Positions 42,660 through 51,676 of a stretch of DNA of 59,375 nt are shown one piece after another. Source of the DNA: Cyanobacteriota bacterium (GTDB taxonomy: Bacteria > Cyanobacteriota > Vampirovibrionia > JBFMGH01). The stretch's first letter is position 1, and every line of letters begins with the position of its first letter. The stretch lies in NCBI GenBank assembly GCA_040752795.1, contig JBFMGH010000646.1:1-59375 (forward strand). The letters run 5' to 3'. The translations under genes and the position numbers were made by a program. Below the pieces are notes generated by a model that did no database searches, was not told the DNA's origin, and saw nothing but the letters and a program-made list of their open reading frames with translations.

Positions 42660-43718
42660 ATGTGGAATAAGTTAAATTTTGCAGAAAGAACGAATCTAAG
42701 GATTATCATTAATGTAATAGTGTCTTTACTAATATTAATAATACTGGCTTTAGGTCTATTTGGTCAAATTTTCCCGGATCCAGCCATTTTATATTTTGCT
42801 GTAGCCGCTATGGTTGTAATAGCTATCATACTTGATATTGCGTTTAGTGGATGGGCTTTAAACTCAGTTAAAATGCCATTAAGAGAGGCTGACGAATTTA
42901 CTGGCAAGGCTTCTAAAGCTATTAAAGCGGCAAGCTCCAGGCATGAAAGTTCTATAAAACGTCAATTAGAGCTTATTAAAGAAACAGAGGAGATGGTAGG
43001 TAAGCTTAGTTTTAGATCTGAAGAGACCAAAAGAAGTGCTCAAAGAGTTGCTGATAAATCTGGACAGGCTTTGCAAATGTCTAAAGAAGGTCAGAATTCC
43101 ATGAACGTAAATATCAGAAATATGATGACCCTTAAACAGAAGATAGAAGCTATTGCAGAACAGATATTAGAACTCAGTGAACATACTCAGCAGATTGGAA
43201 GTATAATTGGAGCAGTAGAAGACATAACAGAGCAAACAAATATGTTGGCTCTTAACGCTGCTGTAGAAGCTGCCAGAGCTGGTGAGCATGGCAGGGGTTT
43301 TGCTGTTGTTGCGAGTGAAATCAGAAAGCTTGCAGATCAGAGTAAACAGGCTACAACTAAAATTAGTGCATTGATTTATGATATACAACAAGCTACTAAT
43401 TCTACTGTTATGGCGACAGAAGAAGGTACTAAAGAAATTGAGGCTGGTGTTAATCTTGCTAAAGAAGTTGCTAAAACAATAGATGTATTAATAAATACTA
43501 TGCATGAAACACAGGAAGCTGTTGAGTCTATTGTTTCTGCTACTAGAGAACAGTTTAAATCGACAAACGATGTTTCAAATGTTATGATGTCTGTTAATTC
43601 TGGTATAAAAGACTCTGTAGATACTGTTGAAAAAACTAAAAATGCTATTGAAATTCTGGGTAAAGTTACCGATAGTTTGCGTAATATCTATGAGCAGGAT
43701 AATACTACTATAAGTTAA
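42660..43718 (+). CDS. Methyl-accepting chemotaxis protein (short, minimal periplasmic loop)
   Basis: 352-aa ORF with two closely spaced TMs and the highly conserved signalling tip [38 protein letters not shown]. Confidence 0.85.
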   Translation: MWNKLNFAERTNLRIIINVIVSLLILIILALGLFGQIFPDPAILYFAVAAMVVIAIILDIAFSGWALNSVKMPLREADEFTGKASKAIKAASSRHESSIKRQLELIKETEEMVGKLSFRSEETKRSAQRVADKSGQALQMSKEGQNSMNVNIRNMMTLKQKIEAIAEQILELSEHTQQIGSIIGAVEDITEQTNMLALNAAVEAARAGEHGRGFAVVASEIRKLADQSKQATTKISALIYDIQQATNSTVMATEEGTKEIEAGVNLAKEVAKTIDVLINTMHETQEAVESIVSATREQFKSTNDVSNVMMSVNSGIKDSVDTVEKTKNAIEILGKVTDSLRNIYEQDNTTIS

Positions 43719-43737
43719 GATACAAGGAAAAAAGGCG

Positions 43738-46700
43738 ATGGAATTTTCTGAAGAGGAACTGGAAGAGGTTCTGGCAATATTCCAGGAGGAGAGTGAAGAG
43801 CAAATACAGAAGCTCAACGATAATATGTTGCGTCTTGAGCAGAATCCTCAAGATGAAAAAGCTATTCAGGAAATTTTTAGAGAAGCACACAGCCTTAAAG
43901 GCGCAGCTAGAATGATAGGTCTGGATGATATTCAGACTATTGCTCACAAATTAGAAGATATATTTGGCCTGGCACGTAAGGGTGAATTGATAATTAAAGC
44001 TGAAGTTATTGATATAATGTGTAATTCTGTTGATGCACTTGCTTCTATTATTGAAGATACTGTAAAAACTAAAGGCTCACATTCTATAGATGTTGAATCA
44101 ATAGTAAATCAGCTTAAAATGATTGAATCAGGTCAAATATATAATTTAATGAGTGGAGCAGTAGAAGAAGAAAAACCTAAGAAAAGGTCTGACAAAAAAC
44201 AAATTCCTAAATTGAATCTGGATGATATACCTGATATTGATGATCTGGATGAACCTTTGAGTTCTCTGGGCTCAAAGAAGAAAGAAGATACACCAGTTCT
44301 AAAACAAAAGGCTAAGCTACAATTTGAAGATTTACAATTAGAAGATTTAGAAGAAGAACCCCGGCAAATTTTGCCAGAGTTACCTGACTCTGTCGCTAAA
44401 CATATGCCACCTGGGCTGGAAGCAAAGTTAAAGAAAACTTCTGAAGAAAAGTCGCTTGTTGTAGATTCTCCTAAAGAGGAATCAAAAGAAATTAATATAG
44501 AGCAAATTGCAGAGCAAGAAGGTTTCTCAGATGATGAACTGTCAGAGTTAAAACAGATTTTTTATGCTGAAAGCATTCAGACGATTGATTTTATTTTTGA
44601 AAGTATGGAAAAATTAAAGCATTCTCCTTATGATAGAGAAATAATTTCTGAAGTATATCGTCATGCACATTCATTAGAAGGCTCAACAAGAATTATAAAT
44701 TTTGAGGAAATCAAAGATTTAACTTATTCTGTTAGGGATATTTTTGAGCAAGCTACTAAAGAAGAAATATTTATTAATTCAGAAATATTGTATGACCTGG
44801 AAAAACAGCTTGCCCATGTAAAAGAAATAATTCAAAAAGCTCAATATAAAGAAGGTTTTAGTGGAGACATGGATCTTGATCAATTGCAAGAGCAGATTGA
44901 TCAGAAAATGGAAGTTTATAAAAAACAAAATATTAAACCGAAAAAAGTTAAAACTCAAAAAGTCTCATTATCTTCAGATGCTTTGAATTTTGATGAAGAA
45001 GAAGTATTGAAGGAATTTGGAGTAATAAAAGAACAAGAAATACAAGATATAAAGCCAAAAGAACCTCAAAAAAAGTTAGAAGTTGATCCTTTGACACTTT
45101 CTGATGAAGAGCTGGGAGACCTTGAAATAGGTTCTTTAAAAGGGTTTATGCCTACTGATATGCCTGAACATCCACCAAAAGAGAAGAAAAAAGATTCGCT
45201 AGTTACTTCTGGCTGGTCAATTTCCAGTAAGGTTACACCTACTCCTAAAATAGATAATGATTTTGAAGATAACCTGGAAGATTTGCTTCAGAAACTTATA
45301 GATGATTTAAATTTGCTTTCTCATAACGTTAGTAACAAAGGTATACTCGAAAAGCTCAATCAAAATATATTAAGGGTTAAAAACTTAACCATAAAAGAGA
45401 ACCATCATGTACTTCTTGCAATAATAACTAAAGTTGAAACAATTTTTTTTGAAGCAGCTTCCGGAAAAACCTCATTTACTACTGAAATGGCTATAGTAAT
45501 GGCCCAAAGCCTTGATTCTGCCAAAGCACTTGTTGATATGAATGCTGATGCTGTAGATATAGTTGAAGATCCCAGCTTGATTTATCAACGCTTAATGATA
45601 TTGCACCAGACTGCAAGGCTTACGGCAGGTATACCTTTTGAAGAAGAAGAAGAACCGGAAATATTCCAGAATATGAAATATGGTTCAAAAGAAACTGAAG
45701 AAACTTCTTATGAAAAACCTGCTAAAGAACCAAAAGGATATATTGAAACTCAGGTAGAAAAAATTAAAACAACACCAATCAAAAAAGACTCACCGACAAT
45801 AATGGCACAGCCAAAATCAATGTTTGCACCCAAAAGTGGTATGGCCCCAGTAGGAGAGATGTCTCCTGACGATGATAAAGCCAGGGATACTATGGAGACC
45901 TATACCATTAAAACTCTAAGGGTTGATACAAGAAAATTGGATCAACTTGTTGCTCAGGTAGGTGAGCTAATTATTGCTAAAATTAAAGCAAAAGAGAGGC
46001 TTAATGAAATAGAAAACCTCCTTAATTTTGTTGAAGAATGGCAAAGAGATTGGGCAAAAACAAAGTATGCTATAAAAGCAACTGATAAAAAACAACTTAA
46101 AGCTGCCTTTATGGCTGAAGGCACTTCTATATATACGCCTGGTAAAGATATGCATGATATTATCAGGCAAAATTCTGATAGAATAGCTAATTTTACAAAT
46201 CAACTTAATATGCTTTATAGAAATATTCAAGAGGATGATACTCGTTTAACCCTTATAATTGGTGAATTAGAAGACAAAATTAAAAATGTTAGGCTATTAC
46301 CTCTGGCAACTATATTTAATATGTATCCACGTATGGTAAGAGACTTTTCACGTCAGAATAATAAGGATATTGAGCTTGAAATTAGAGGTAGTGAAACTAC
46401 TGTAGACAAAAAAATTATTGAAGAGATTAAATCTCCTCTAATGCATATATTAAGAAATGCCATGGATCATGGTATTGAAGAAGCCGAAAGAAGACTTAAA
46501 TCTGGGAAATCATCAATAGGTAAAATTGTACTTGCCGCCAGTCATCTTGAGAATAGCGTTTTGATTGAGATTATAGATGATGGTAGAGGTATAGATATTG
46601 AGTCAATTAAATCAAAAGTTTTAGAAAAAGAGCTTCTTACTCCTTCTGAACTTGCTGTTATGACAGAAAATCAGATTATGAATATTATTTTCTGGCCGGG

Positions 46701-47709
46701 TTTTTCTACAAGTAAAGAAGTTACTGATATATCAGGCAGGGGTGTTGGTATGGATGTTGTCCATACAAAAATTACCCAGCTGAATGGCAAGGTTAAAGTT
46801 CATTCAGACCTTGGTAAGGGTTGTAAGGTATCGATTCAGCTGCCTGTAACCATGGCAACTATTCAGGTATTTTTAGTAAGAATACAGAATCAAACCTATG
46901 CAATACCTGCTTCAGCAATAAAAACAGCTGTTTTAGTTAAACCAGAAGATATATTCTATAAAGAAGGCAGGCAGACTGTGCTGGTTGGAGGCATACCTGT
47001 ATTTCTTTCGGATCTTGCTGAATTGCTTGAGATTCGTAGTGATCAGCATGTTAAAGAAGAAGAAAAAGATATCAAAAAAGAGAAAATTACAGTTCTTGTT
47101 ATGCAATCAGAAGATAATAATATAGGTTTCATTGTTGATGGCTTGCTTGGAGATCAGGAAATTTTACATAAGAATCTTGAGCCACCATTAATAAGAGTTA
47201 GAAATGTAGCTGGTGTTACGACTCTTGGCTCAGGAGAAGTTTGTCTTATTCTTAATGTTGGAGATCTAACTAAAACAGCTCAGATGAATTATGGAATGGC
47301 TCTTAGATCAGCCTATAAGAAAAAATCGCAAACTGACTCTCAGAAAAAAGATATTTTAGTTGTTGATGATTCTGTTACAACCCGTATCCTTGAACGAAAT
47401 ATCTTAAGAGCAGCCGGATATAATGTTACAGTAGCTGTAAATGGATTAGATGCTCTTACAAAACTTGCCACTCAGTCATTTGATTTAATTGTTTCTGATG
47501 TTGAAATGCCTGATATAACTGGTTATGAGTTGACCTCAAGAATTAAGAAAGATGATATGCTTTCTAATATTCCTGTGGTTCTGGTTACTTCGCTGGCTTC
47601 AGAAGTAGACAGACAAAAGGGCATGTCTTCTGGGGCGTCTGCTTATATAACTAAAGGTGGGTTTAATCAGGAAGAGTTGTTAGGTACTATTAGACGTCTT
47701 TTATCTTAG
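43738..47709 (+). CDS. cheA: Hybrid CheA histidine kinase: multiple Hpt, dimerisation, HATPase_c, CheW and REC domains
   Basis: 1323-aa ORF. Hpt1 is FREAHSLKGAARMIGL and Hpt2 is YRHAHSLEGSTRIINF. The kinase core has HILRNAMDHGIE, DDGRGID and GRGVGMDV. A CheW-like domain and a C-terminal REC follow (ILVVDDS...DLIVSDVEMPDITG...AYITKG). Confidence 0.9.
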   Translation: MEFSEEELEEVLAIFQEESEEQIQKLNDNMLRLEQNPQDEKAIQEIFREAHSLKGAARMIGLDDIQTIAHKLEDIFGLARKGELIIKAEVIDIMCNSVDALASIIEDTVKTKGSHSIDVESIVNQLKMIESGQIYNLMSGAVEEEKPKKRSDKKQIPKLNLDDIPDIDDLDEPLSSLGSKKKEDTPVLKQKAKLQFEDLQLEDLEEEPRQILPELPDSVAKHMPPGLEAKLKKTSEEKSLVVDSPKEESKEINIEQIAEQEGFSDDELSELKQIFYAESIQTIDFIFESMEKLKHSPYDREIISEVYRHAHSLEGSTRIINFEEIKDLTYSVRDIFEQATKEEIFINSEILYDLEKQLAHVKEIIQKAQYKEGFSGDMDLDQLQEQIDQKMEVYKKQNIKPKKVKTQKVSLSSDALNFDEEEVLKEFGVIKEQEIQDIKPKEPQKKLEVDPLTLSDEELGDLEIGSLKGFMPTDMPEHPPKEKKKDSLVTSGWSISSKVTPTPKIDNDFEDNLEDLLQKLIDDLNLLSHNVSNKGILEKLNQNILRVKNLTIKENHHVLLAIITKVETIFFEAASGKTSFTTEMAIVMAQSLDSAKALVDMNADAVDIVEDPSLIYQRLMILHQTARLTAGIPFEEEEEPEIFQNMKYGSKETEETSYEKPAKEPKGYIETQVEKIKTTPIKKDSPTIMAQPKSMFAPKSGMAPVGEMSPDDDKARDTMETYTIKTLRVDTRKLDQLVAQVGELIIAKIKAKERLNEIENLLNFVEEWQRDWAKTKYAIKATDKKQLKAAFMAEGTSIYTPGKDMHDIIRQNSDRIANFTNQLNMLYRNIQEDDTRLTLIIGELEDKIKNVRLLPLATIFNMYPRMVRDFSRQNNKDIELEIRGSETTVDKKIIEEIKSPLMHILRNAMDHGIEEAERRLKSGKSSIGKIVLAASHLENSVLIEIIDDGRGIDIESIKSKVLEKELLTPSELAVMTENQIMNIIFWPGFSTSKEVTDISGRGVGMDVVHTKITQLNGKVKVHSDLGKGCKVSIQLPVTMATIQVFLVRIQNQTYAIPASAIKTAVLVKPEDIFYKEGRQTVLVGGIPVFLSDLAELLEIRSDQHVKEEEKDIKKEKITVLVMQSEDNNIGFIVDGLLGDQEILHKNLEPPLIRVRNVAGVTTLGSGEVCLILNVGDLTKTAQMNYGMALRSAYKKKSQTDSQKKDILVVDDSVTTRILERNILRAAGYNVTVAVNGLDALTKLATQSFDLIVSDVEMPDITGYELTSRIKKDDMLSNIPVVLVTSLASEVDRQKGMSSGASAYITKGGFNQEELLGTIRRLLS

Positions 47710-47761
47710 ATACAATTCAGGTATCATTTATAGGGTAGGATGGAAGGCTATTTGTGTTGCT

Positions 47762-48475
47762 TTAAAATGGTATTAATTTGGGGAATAGACCATAAACTAT
47801 TAAATAGATTCCTATTAATATTAGTAAAACACCGCTTCCTTTAGTTATGTATGTTGTCCATGATCTAAGTTGTCCTATTTGTTTTATGAAACCTGTAAAT
47901 GTTCCGCAAATAAGAAGAATGATACTGTGTCCGAAGGCGTATGCTAATAGCATAAAAGTTCCAAATAAAACGCTACCTTTGTAAGCTACATAGCTTACCA
48001 AAGCAATTAGAATTGGTGTTGAGCATGGTGTAGCAACTAACCCGAATGCCATGCCCAGTATTATTGGAGAAAAAATCTTTCCATATTCATTTTTAGGCAT
48101 ATCTTTAATAATTGTAGGGAATTGAATATAAAAGACTTCTAATAAACTGAGCCCCATCACAATAGCAATTATAGCTAAAGTAATGTACCATAAGGGGCCC
48201 ATGAACCAGCCTATAAGTTGTCCGGCTAGAGCTGCTAATAAACCAACTATAGTTAGAACCATAGTAAAGCCTAATACAAATAGTAGTGATTGGAAGAAAG
48301 CGTTAGAAGTTTTGTCTTCTGAGTAACCTCCTATGTAACCAATCATTATAGGTATTATAGATAGGACACATGGAGATACTGAACTGATAAGACCACCGGC
48401 AAAAGCTATTAAGATAGCCCATAGAGGTTTATTTTGTATTGAGGTTTCAAGTATTTGTAGTAATTGATCTTCCAT
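47762..48475 (-). CDS. ccdA: Cytochrome c biogenesis thiol-reductant transporter CcdA (DsbD family)
   Basis: 237-aa ORF with 6 TMs. It has SPCVLSIIPIMIGYIGG and a second half with TPCSTPIL, the two conserved Cys motifs of CcdA. Confidence 0.85.
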   Translation of the reverse strand: MEDQLLQILETSIQNKPLWAILIAFAGGLISSVSPCVLSIIPIMIGYIGGYSEDKTSNAFFQSLLFVLGFTMVLTIVGLLAALAGQLIGWFMGPLWYITLAIIAIVMGLSLLEVFYIQFPTIIKDMPKNEYGKIFSPIILGMAFGLVATPCSTPILIALVSYVAYKGSVLFGTFMLLAYAFGHSIILLICGTFTGFIKQIGQLRSWTTYITKGSGVLLILIGIYLIVYGLFPKLIPF

Positions 48476-48955
48476 TTATTTTTCCAGAAGGGTTGTAATA
48501 TTTTCTTCAAAAGCGTTTTCAGGGTAATATCCGGCCAGAACTTTACTTTTTGTTCCGTCTTTTTTTACAAATATTGCAATAGGTACTCCTAGAATTTTGA
48601 ATTTTTTAATAGCTTCTTTGCTGAGAGAGTCTTTAGCTCTTACATCTATTATTAGAAAGTTAACTGATTCAGAATATTTCTTTTCTAATTTGTCAATGAT
48701 TGGTTTTACCTGTAAGCAATCTCTGCAATATTCTGAAGTAAAGTATAGTACAGTAGGTTTTCCATTTTGTAGAGTTTCTTCCAGAAGTGCTTTACCTGGT
48801 GTAGATTTAGAAGTATCTTTTGTTATTTTTGTTTTAGGTTTACTGTCATCTTTAACAGGTTTTGAAAGACTGCTTAAAGTGAAGTAAGATATGCATAAAA
48901 TGCTTACTATCAATAGTATTGTGGTTGTTGTTAATTTGTTATATTTTTTTATCAT
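48476..48955 (-). CDS. Membrane-anchored thioredoxin-like protein (CxxC)
   Basis: 159-aa ORF with an N-terminal anchor and a thioredoxin fold carrying YFTSEYCRDCLQVKP (CRDC). Its stop abuts the ccdA start. Confidence 0.7.
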   Translation of the reverse strand: MIKKYNKLTTTTILLIVSILCISYFTLSSLSKPVKDDSKPKTKITKDTSKSTPGKALLEETLQNGKPTVLYFTSEYCRDCLQVKPIIDKLEKKYSESVNFLIIDVRAKDSLSKEAIKKFKILGVPIAIFVKKDGTKSKVLAGYYPENAFEENITTLLEK

Positions 48956-49001
48956 GATAAATACCTACTTAATAATTGATTAACACATGTCTTCTTTAAC
49001 G

Positions 49002-49961
49002 TCAAAATTTCAGGAAGAGTTCAGTAATATCAAAATAGAACTTTCTTAATTTTCCGGAATCATTTTCTTTGACAGTAATAAGGGTGTAATGTTTGTTATT
49101 ATGTTTGACGTGGCTTTGATCAACCTGTTCCCATCTGTTATTGTCTCCGTAGAAATTGTTTATATATTCTTTTTGAGATCTTAAACATGACAGAGAGTTT
49201 TTGATACCTGTAATTTTAATAGCATCTTTGAGGTTTAGTCCGCTTCCACCGGAGTATTGAATTTTTGAAGTATCTGAAAGGGCTTGATATTTAATGTGAA
49301 AAATAGCTCTTTTAGCACTGGATCTAACGCTATCGTAAGGATCCTGTGTTAATATTTCCAGGTATGGAGTAGCTTTTTGAGCTTTAAGTAGACCAAGAAC
49401 CCATGCGGCATTTTCTCTAACTTGAGGGTTGTCATGGTCGAGCAGTTTAATAATGGGATCAATGGATTTTGTAGAGTTAAGTATACCCAGTGAGTAGCAG
49501 GCAGAAAGTACTACAGTATAGTCATTATCATTAAGTAGTTCTATAAGGTAGTTATCAGAATTTATTGCATTAAGTCTTCCTAGAGAAAGTGCTGCGGAGC
49601 CTCTTACGCCCGGGTGTTCGTCTTTGAGGGCATTAATTAAATAGGGAATTGCCAGAATGTTATCCAGTTTTCCTAAAGTTATTGCAGCCAGGCCTCTTAT
49701 TCTGAAATCTTCGTCATTTAAGCATTTAATAACATCGTTGCAGGCATTATTAATTTTCTTTTCAGCGATGTCATTTAATGCTTGAGCTTTAATGTTGTAG
49801 TTTGGGTGGTTAACTTTTGAAATAATATCGTAATAAGGGTTATTTTGGCTATTAATGACTCTTTTTTCAAAGTCAAAATCATATTCATTAGAAATATCTA
49901 AACTGCTTTTAGTTGCTATTGTAGTTATTAGTAGTTTTGTTAAAAGAACTTCTATTATCAT
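49002..49961 (-). CDS. HEAT-repeat (PBS-lyase type) protein with an unknown C-terminal domain
   Basis: 319-aa ORF with five consecutive repeats: DEDFRIRGLAAITLGKL, DEHPGVRGSAALSLGRL, DNDYTVVLSACYSLGIL, HDNPQVRENAAWVLGLL and DPYDSVRSSAKRAI. Confidence 0.75.
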   Translation of the reverse strand: MIIEVLLTKLLITTIATKSSLDISNEYDFDFEKRVINSQNNPYYDIISKVNHPNYNIKAQALNDIAEKKINNACNDVIKCLNDEDFRIRGLAAITLGKLDNILAIPYLINALKDEHPGVRGSAALSLGRLNAINSDNYLIELLNDNDYTVVLSACYSLGILNSTKSIDPIIKLLDHDNPQVRENAAWVLGLLKAQKATPYLEILTQDPYDSVRSSAKRAIFHIKYQALSDTSKIQYSGGSGLNLKDAIKITGIKNSLSCLRSQKEYINNFYGDNNRWEQVDQSHVKHNNKHYTLITVKENDSGKLRKFYFDITELFLKF

Positions 49962-50582
49962 TTAAACTTTACCCCATCCATGGATATCGTTATTTTAAAG
50001 ACAGAATGGAGTTGTCTACATCGTCTAAATTGATTATTTAGTAAATAGTTAAGACTTATGAATAAGTATGTAAATATTGAAATAACCAAGGAAAAAGAGA
50101 AAGAGAATCGGGTTAAAAGGCTTACTATAAGGATATTTCAAGACTTATCTGGTTGAGTATGCTAATACCTTATATTTTATTAAACTTGAGTTGCAAAGAG
50201 GCCTCATCGTTTAAAAGGATTAAAGAAAGAATTAGTATAGTTTTGCTATTACAGCCGGGTCAATAAATATATTAATTATAGTTTTTAGTAGGTTGTAAAT
50301 GGCTTTTCTTTTTGTATTTGAGGTAAAAAAAGCCAATGTAAATGTGGAAAATTAATTTTGTATTAATATTTGAACTATTTCTTAAAATAGTTGTTTAAAT
50401 GTTAATAGATGAATAAAATTTTAATAGAATGTAAAATGAATGTAACAAAGTATTACAACCTGATAGGTCAACATACTCAAGCTTAACGTTACTTAATAAT
50501 TGGGAACATGTTTTTAAAGAACACATCCATGTCTTCCGATAAAAAAATTAGATGTAATAGTAATTCTATGGGAAGAGGTAAT

Positions 50583-50981
50583 ATGGTGGACAAACTTAAT
50601 AGAATTAACGTAAACATAGGGAAAGTCAATAATGACTTAGCTAAGAATGCTGAAAAGCAGCCAAAGCAAGAAGCAGAGAAACCTCCGGTAGATAAACCAG
50701 CTTTGGCCAACTCATATTTAGATCCAGATAAGGTATTAGATGCAATGAAAAAGCACGGCATTCATAATCTTAACCATGTCATGGCATCAGGAAAAGTGGG
50801 CTGCAAGTCAATCACCGAAGCAGTAGATTTCTTCACGAGTGCAATATCACCGGAAATGCACGCAAGGTTGACTCTGAAGGTCCAGGAAGCATGTAAAAAG
50901 GAATTTCCATCAGTTAATATTAACCCAGACGTTATAGCAGAGGTAGTCGATAACCTCTTATTTGACACATTAATTGCATAA
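50583..50981 (+). CDS. Hypothetical protein (132 aa)
   Basis: I trimmed the start to ATG 50583, with GGAAGAGG 4 nt upstream. No family recognised. The gene is convergent with fliA. Confidence 0.4.
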   Translation: MVDKLNRINVNIGKVNNDLAKNAEKQPKQEAEKPPVDKPALANSYLDPDKVLDAMKKHGIHNLNHVMASGKVGCKSITEAVDFFTSAISPEMHARLTLKVQEACKKEFPSVNINPDVIAEVVDNLLFDTLIA

Positions 50982-51022
50982 AATTACAAGTTTAGTTTGT
51001 CCATTGGAAGTGAATGCCACCT

Positions 51023-51673
51023 TTACAGGTGGTCTTTTTCTTTTAAATATTCTCTAACAGTGTTAAGTGAGGCTTGAACGATTCTTGTTACACGTGAAGA
51101 AGATAACCCAACTTGTGCGGCGATATCTTTGACTTGAAGGTTTCTATAGAATCTGTATTCAACTATAATTCTTTCTTTAGGGGGTAATTGTTTAATAGCT
51201 TCTCTAATAGCTTTACCTAATTCTTGGAGTTCAAGTTTTTCATCTGGTAAAGCAGATTGATCTTTAACAAAATCGAATGGAGAATCTCCATCTGATGAGT
51301 CAGCTATGCTATCTATAGATAAAATAGTCTCATATACGGCTTCTCTTACCTTCTCAGGAGACATATCTAAAGGTTTGCCTTCTTCGTCAAGTTCTTGTGC
51401 GGATTTAGTATGTTTAAGAGTGTACCATTTATACCTGTTACGGAGTTCATTTCTTATAGCCCACCTGACAGCAGTGGCTATATAAGCATCATTAAAGGTT
51501 GCAATTTCTTCTGGAGTTTTGTTATTAAAGAGAGCCTGTATTGCTATAGTGCCAATACTAACTAATTCTTCGTATTCAACCATGTGAGAAGGTATGCGAC
51601 GATATTCTACTCTCGCAACTTTTTCGACAATATGAATAAACTTGGATATGTTACTATGACGCACTACAGTCAC
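51023..51673 (-). CDS. fliA: Flagellar sigma factor FliA (sigma-28 family)
   Basis: 216-aa ORF with a GTG start 3 nt after the flhB stop. It has region 2 (EYEELVSIGTIAIQAL, ATAVRWAIRNELR) and the region 4 HTH (LQVKDIAAQVGLSSSRVTRIVQASL). Confidence 0.75.
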   Translation of the reverse strand: MTVVRHSNISKFIHIVEKVARVEYRRIPSHMVEYEELVSIGTIAIQALFNNKTPEEIATFNDAYIATAVRWAIRNELRNRYKWYTLKHTKSAQELDEEGKPLDMSPEKVREAVYETILSIDSIADSSDGDSPFDFVKDQSALPDEKLELQELGKAIREAIKQLPPKERIIVEYRFYRNLQVKDIAAQVGLSSSRVTRIVQASLNTVREYLKEKDHL

Positions 51674-51676
51674 TTT

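Noticed and set aside
50583-50981. Assigning the 132-aa ORF convergent with fliA as the anti-sigma-28 factor FlgM
   Set aside because: The sequence lacks the FlgM-type C-terminal helical sigma-binding pattern as far as I can judge by eye, and the gene is on the opposite strand. Position alone is insufficient.
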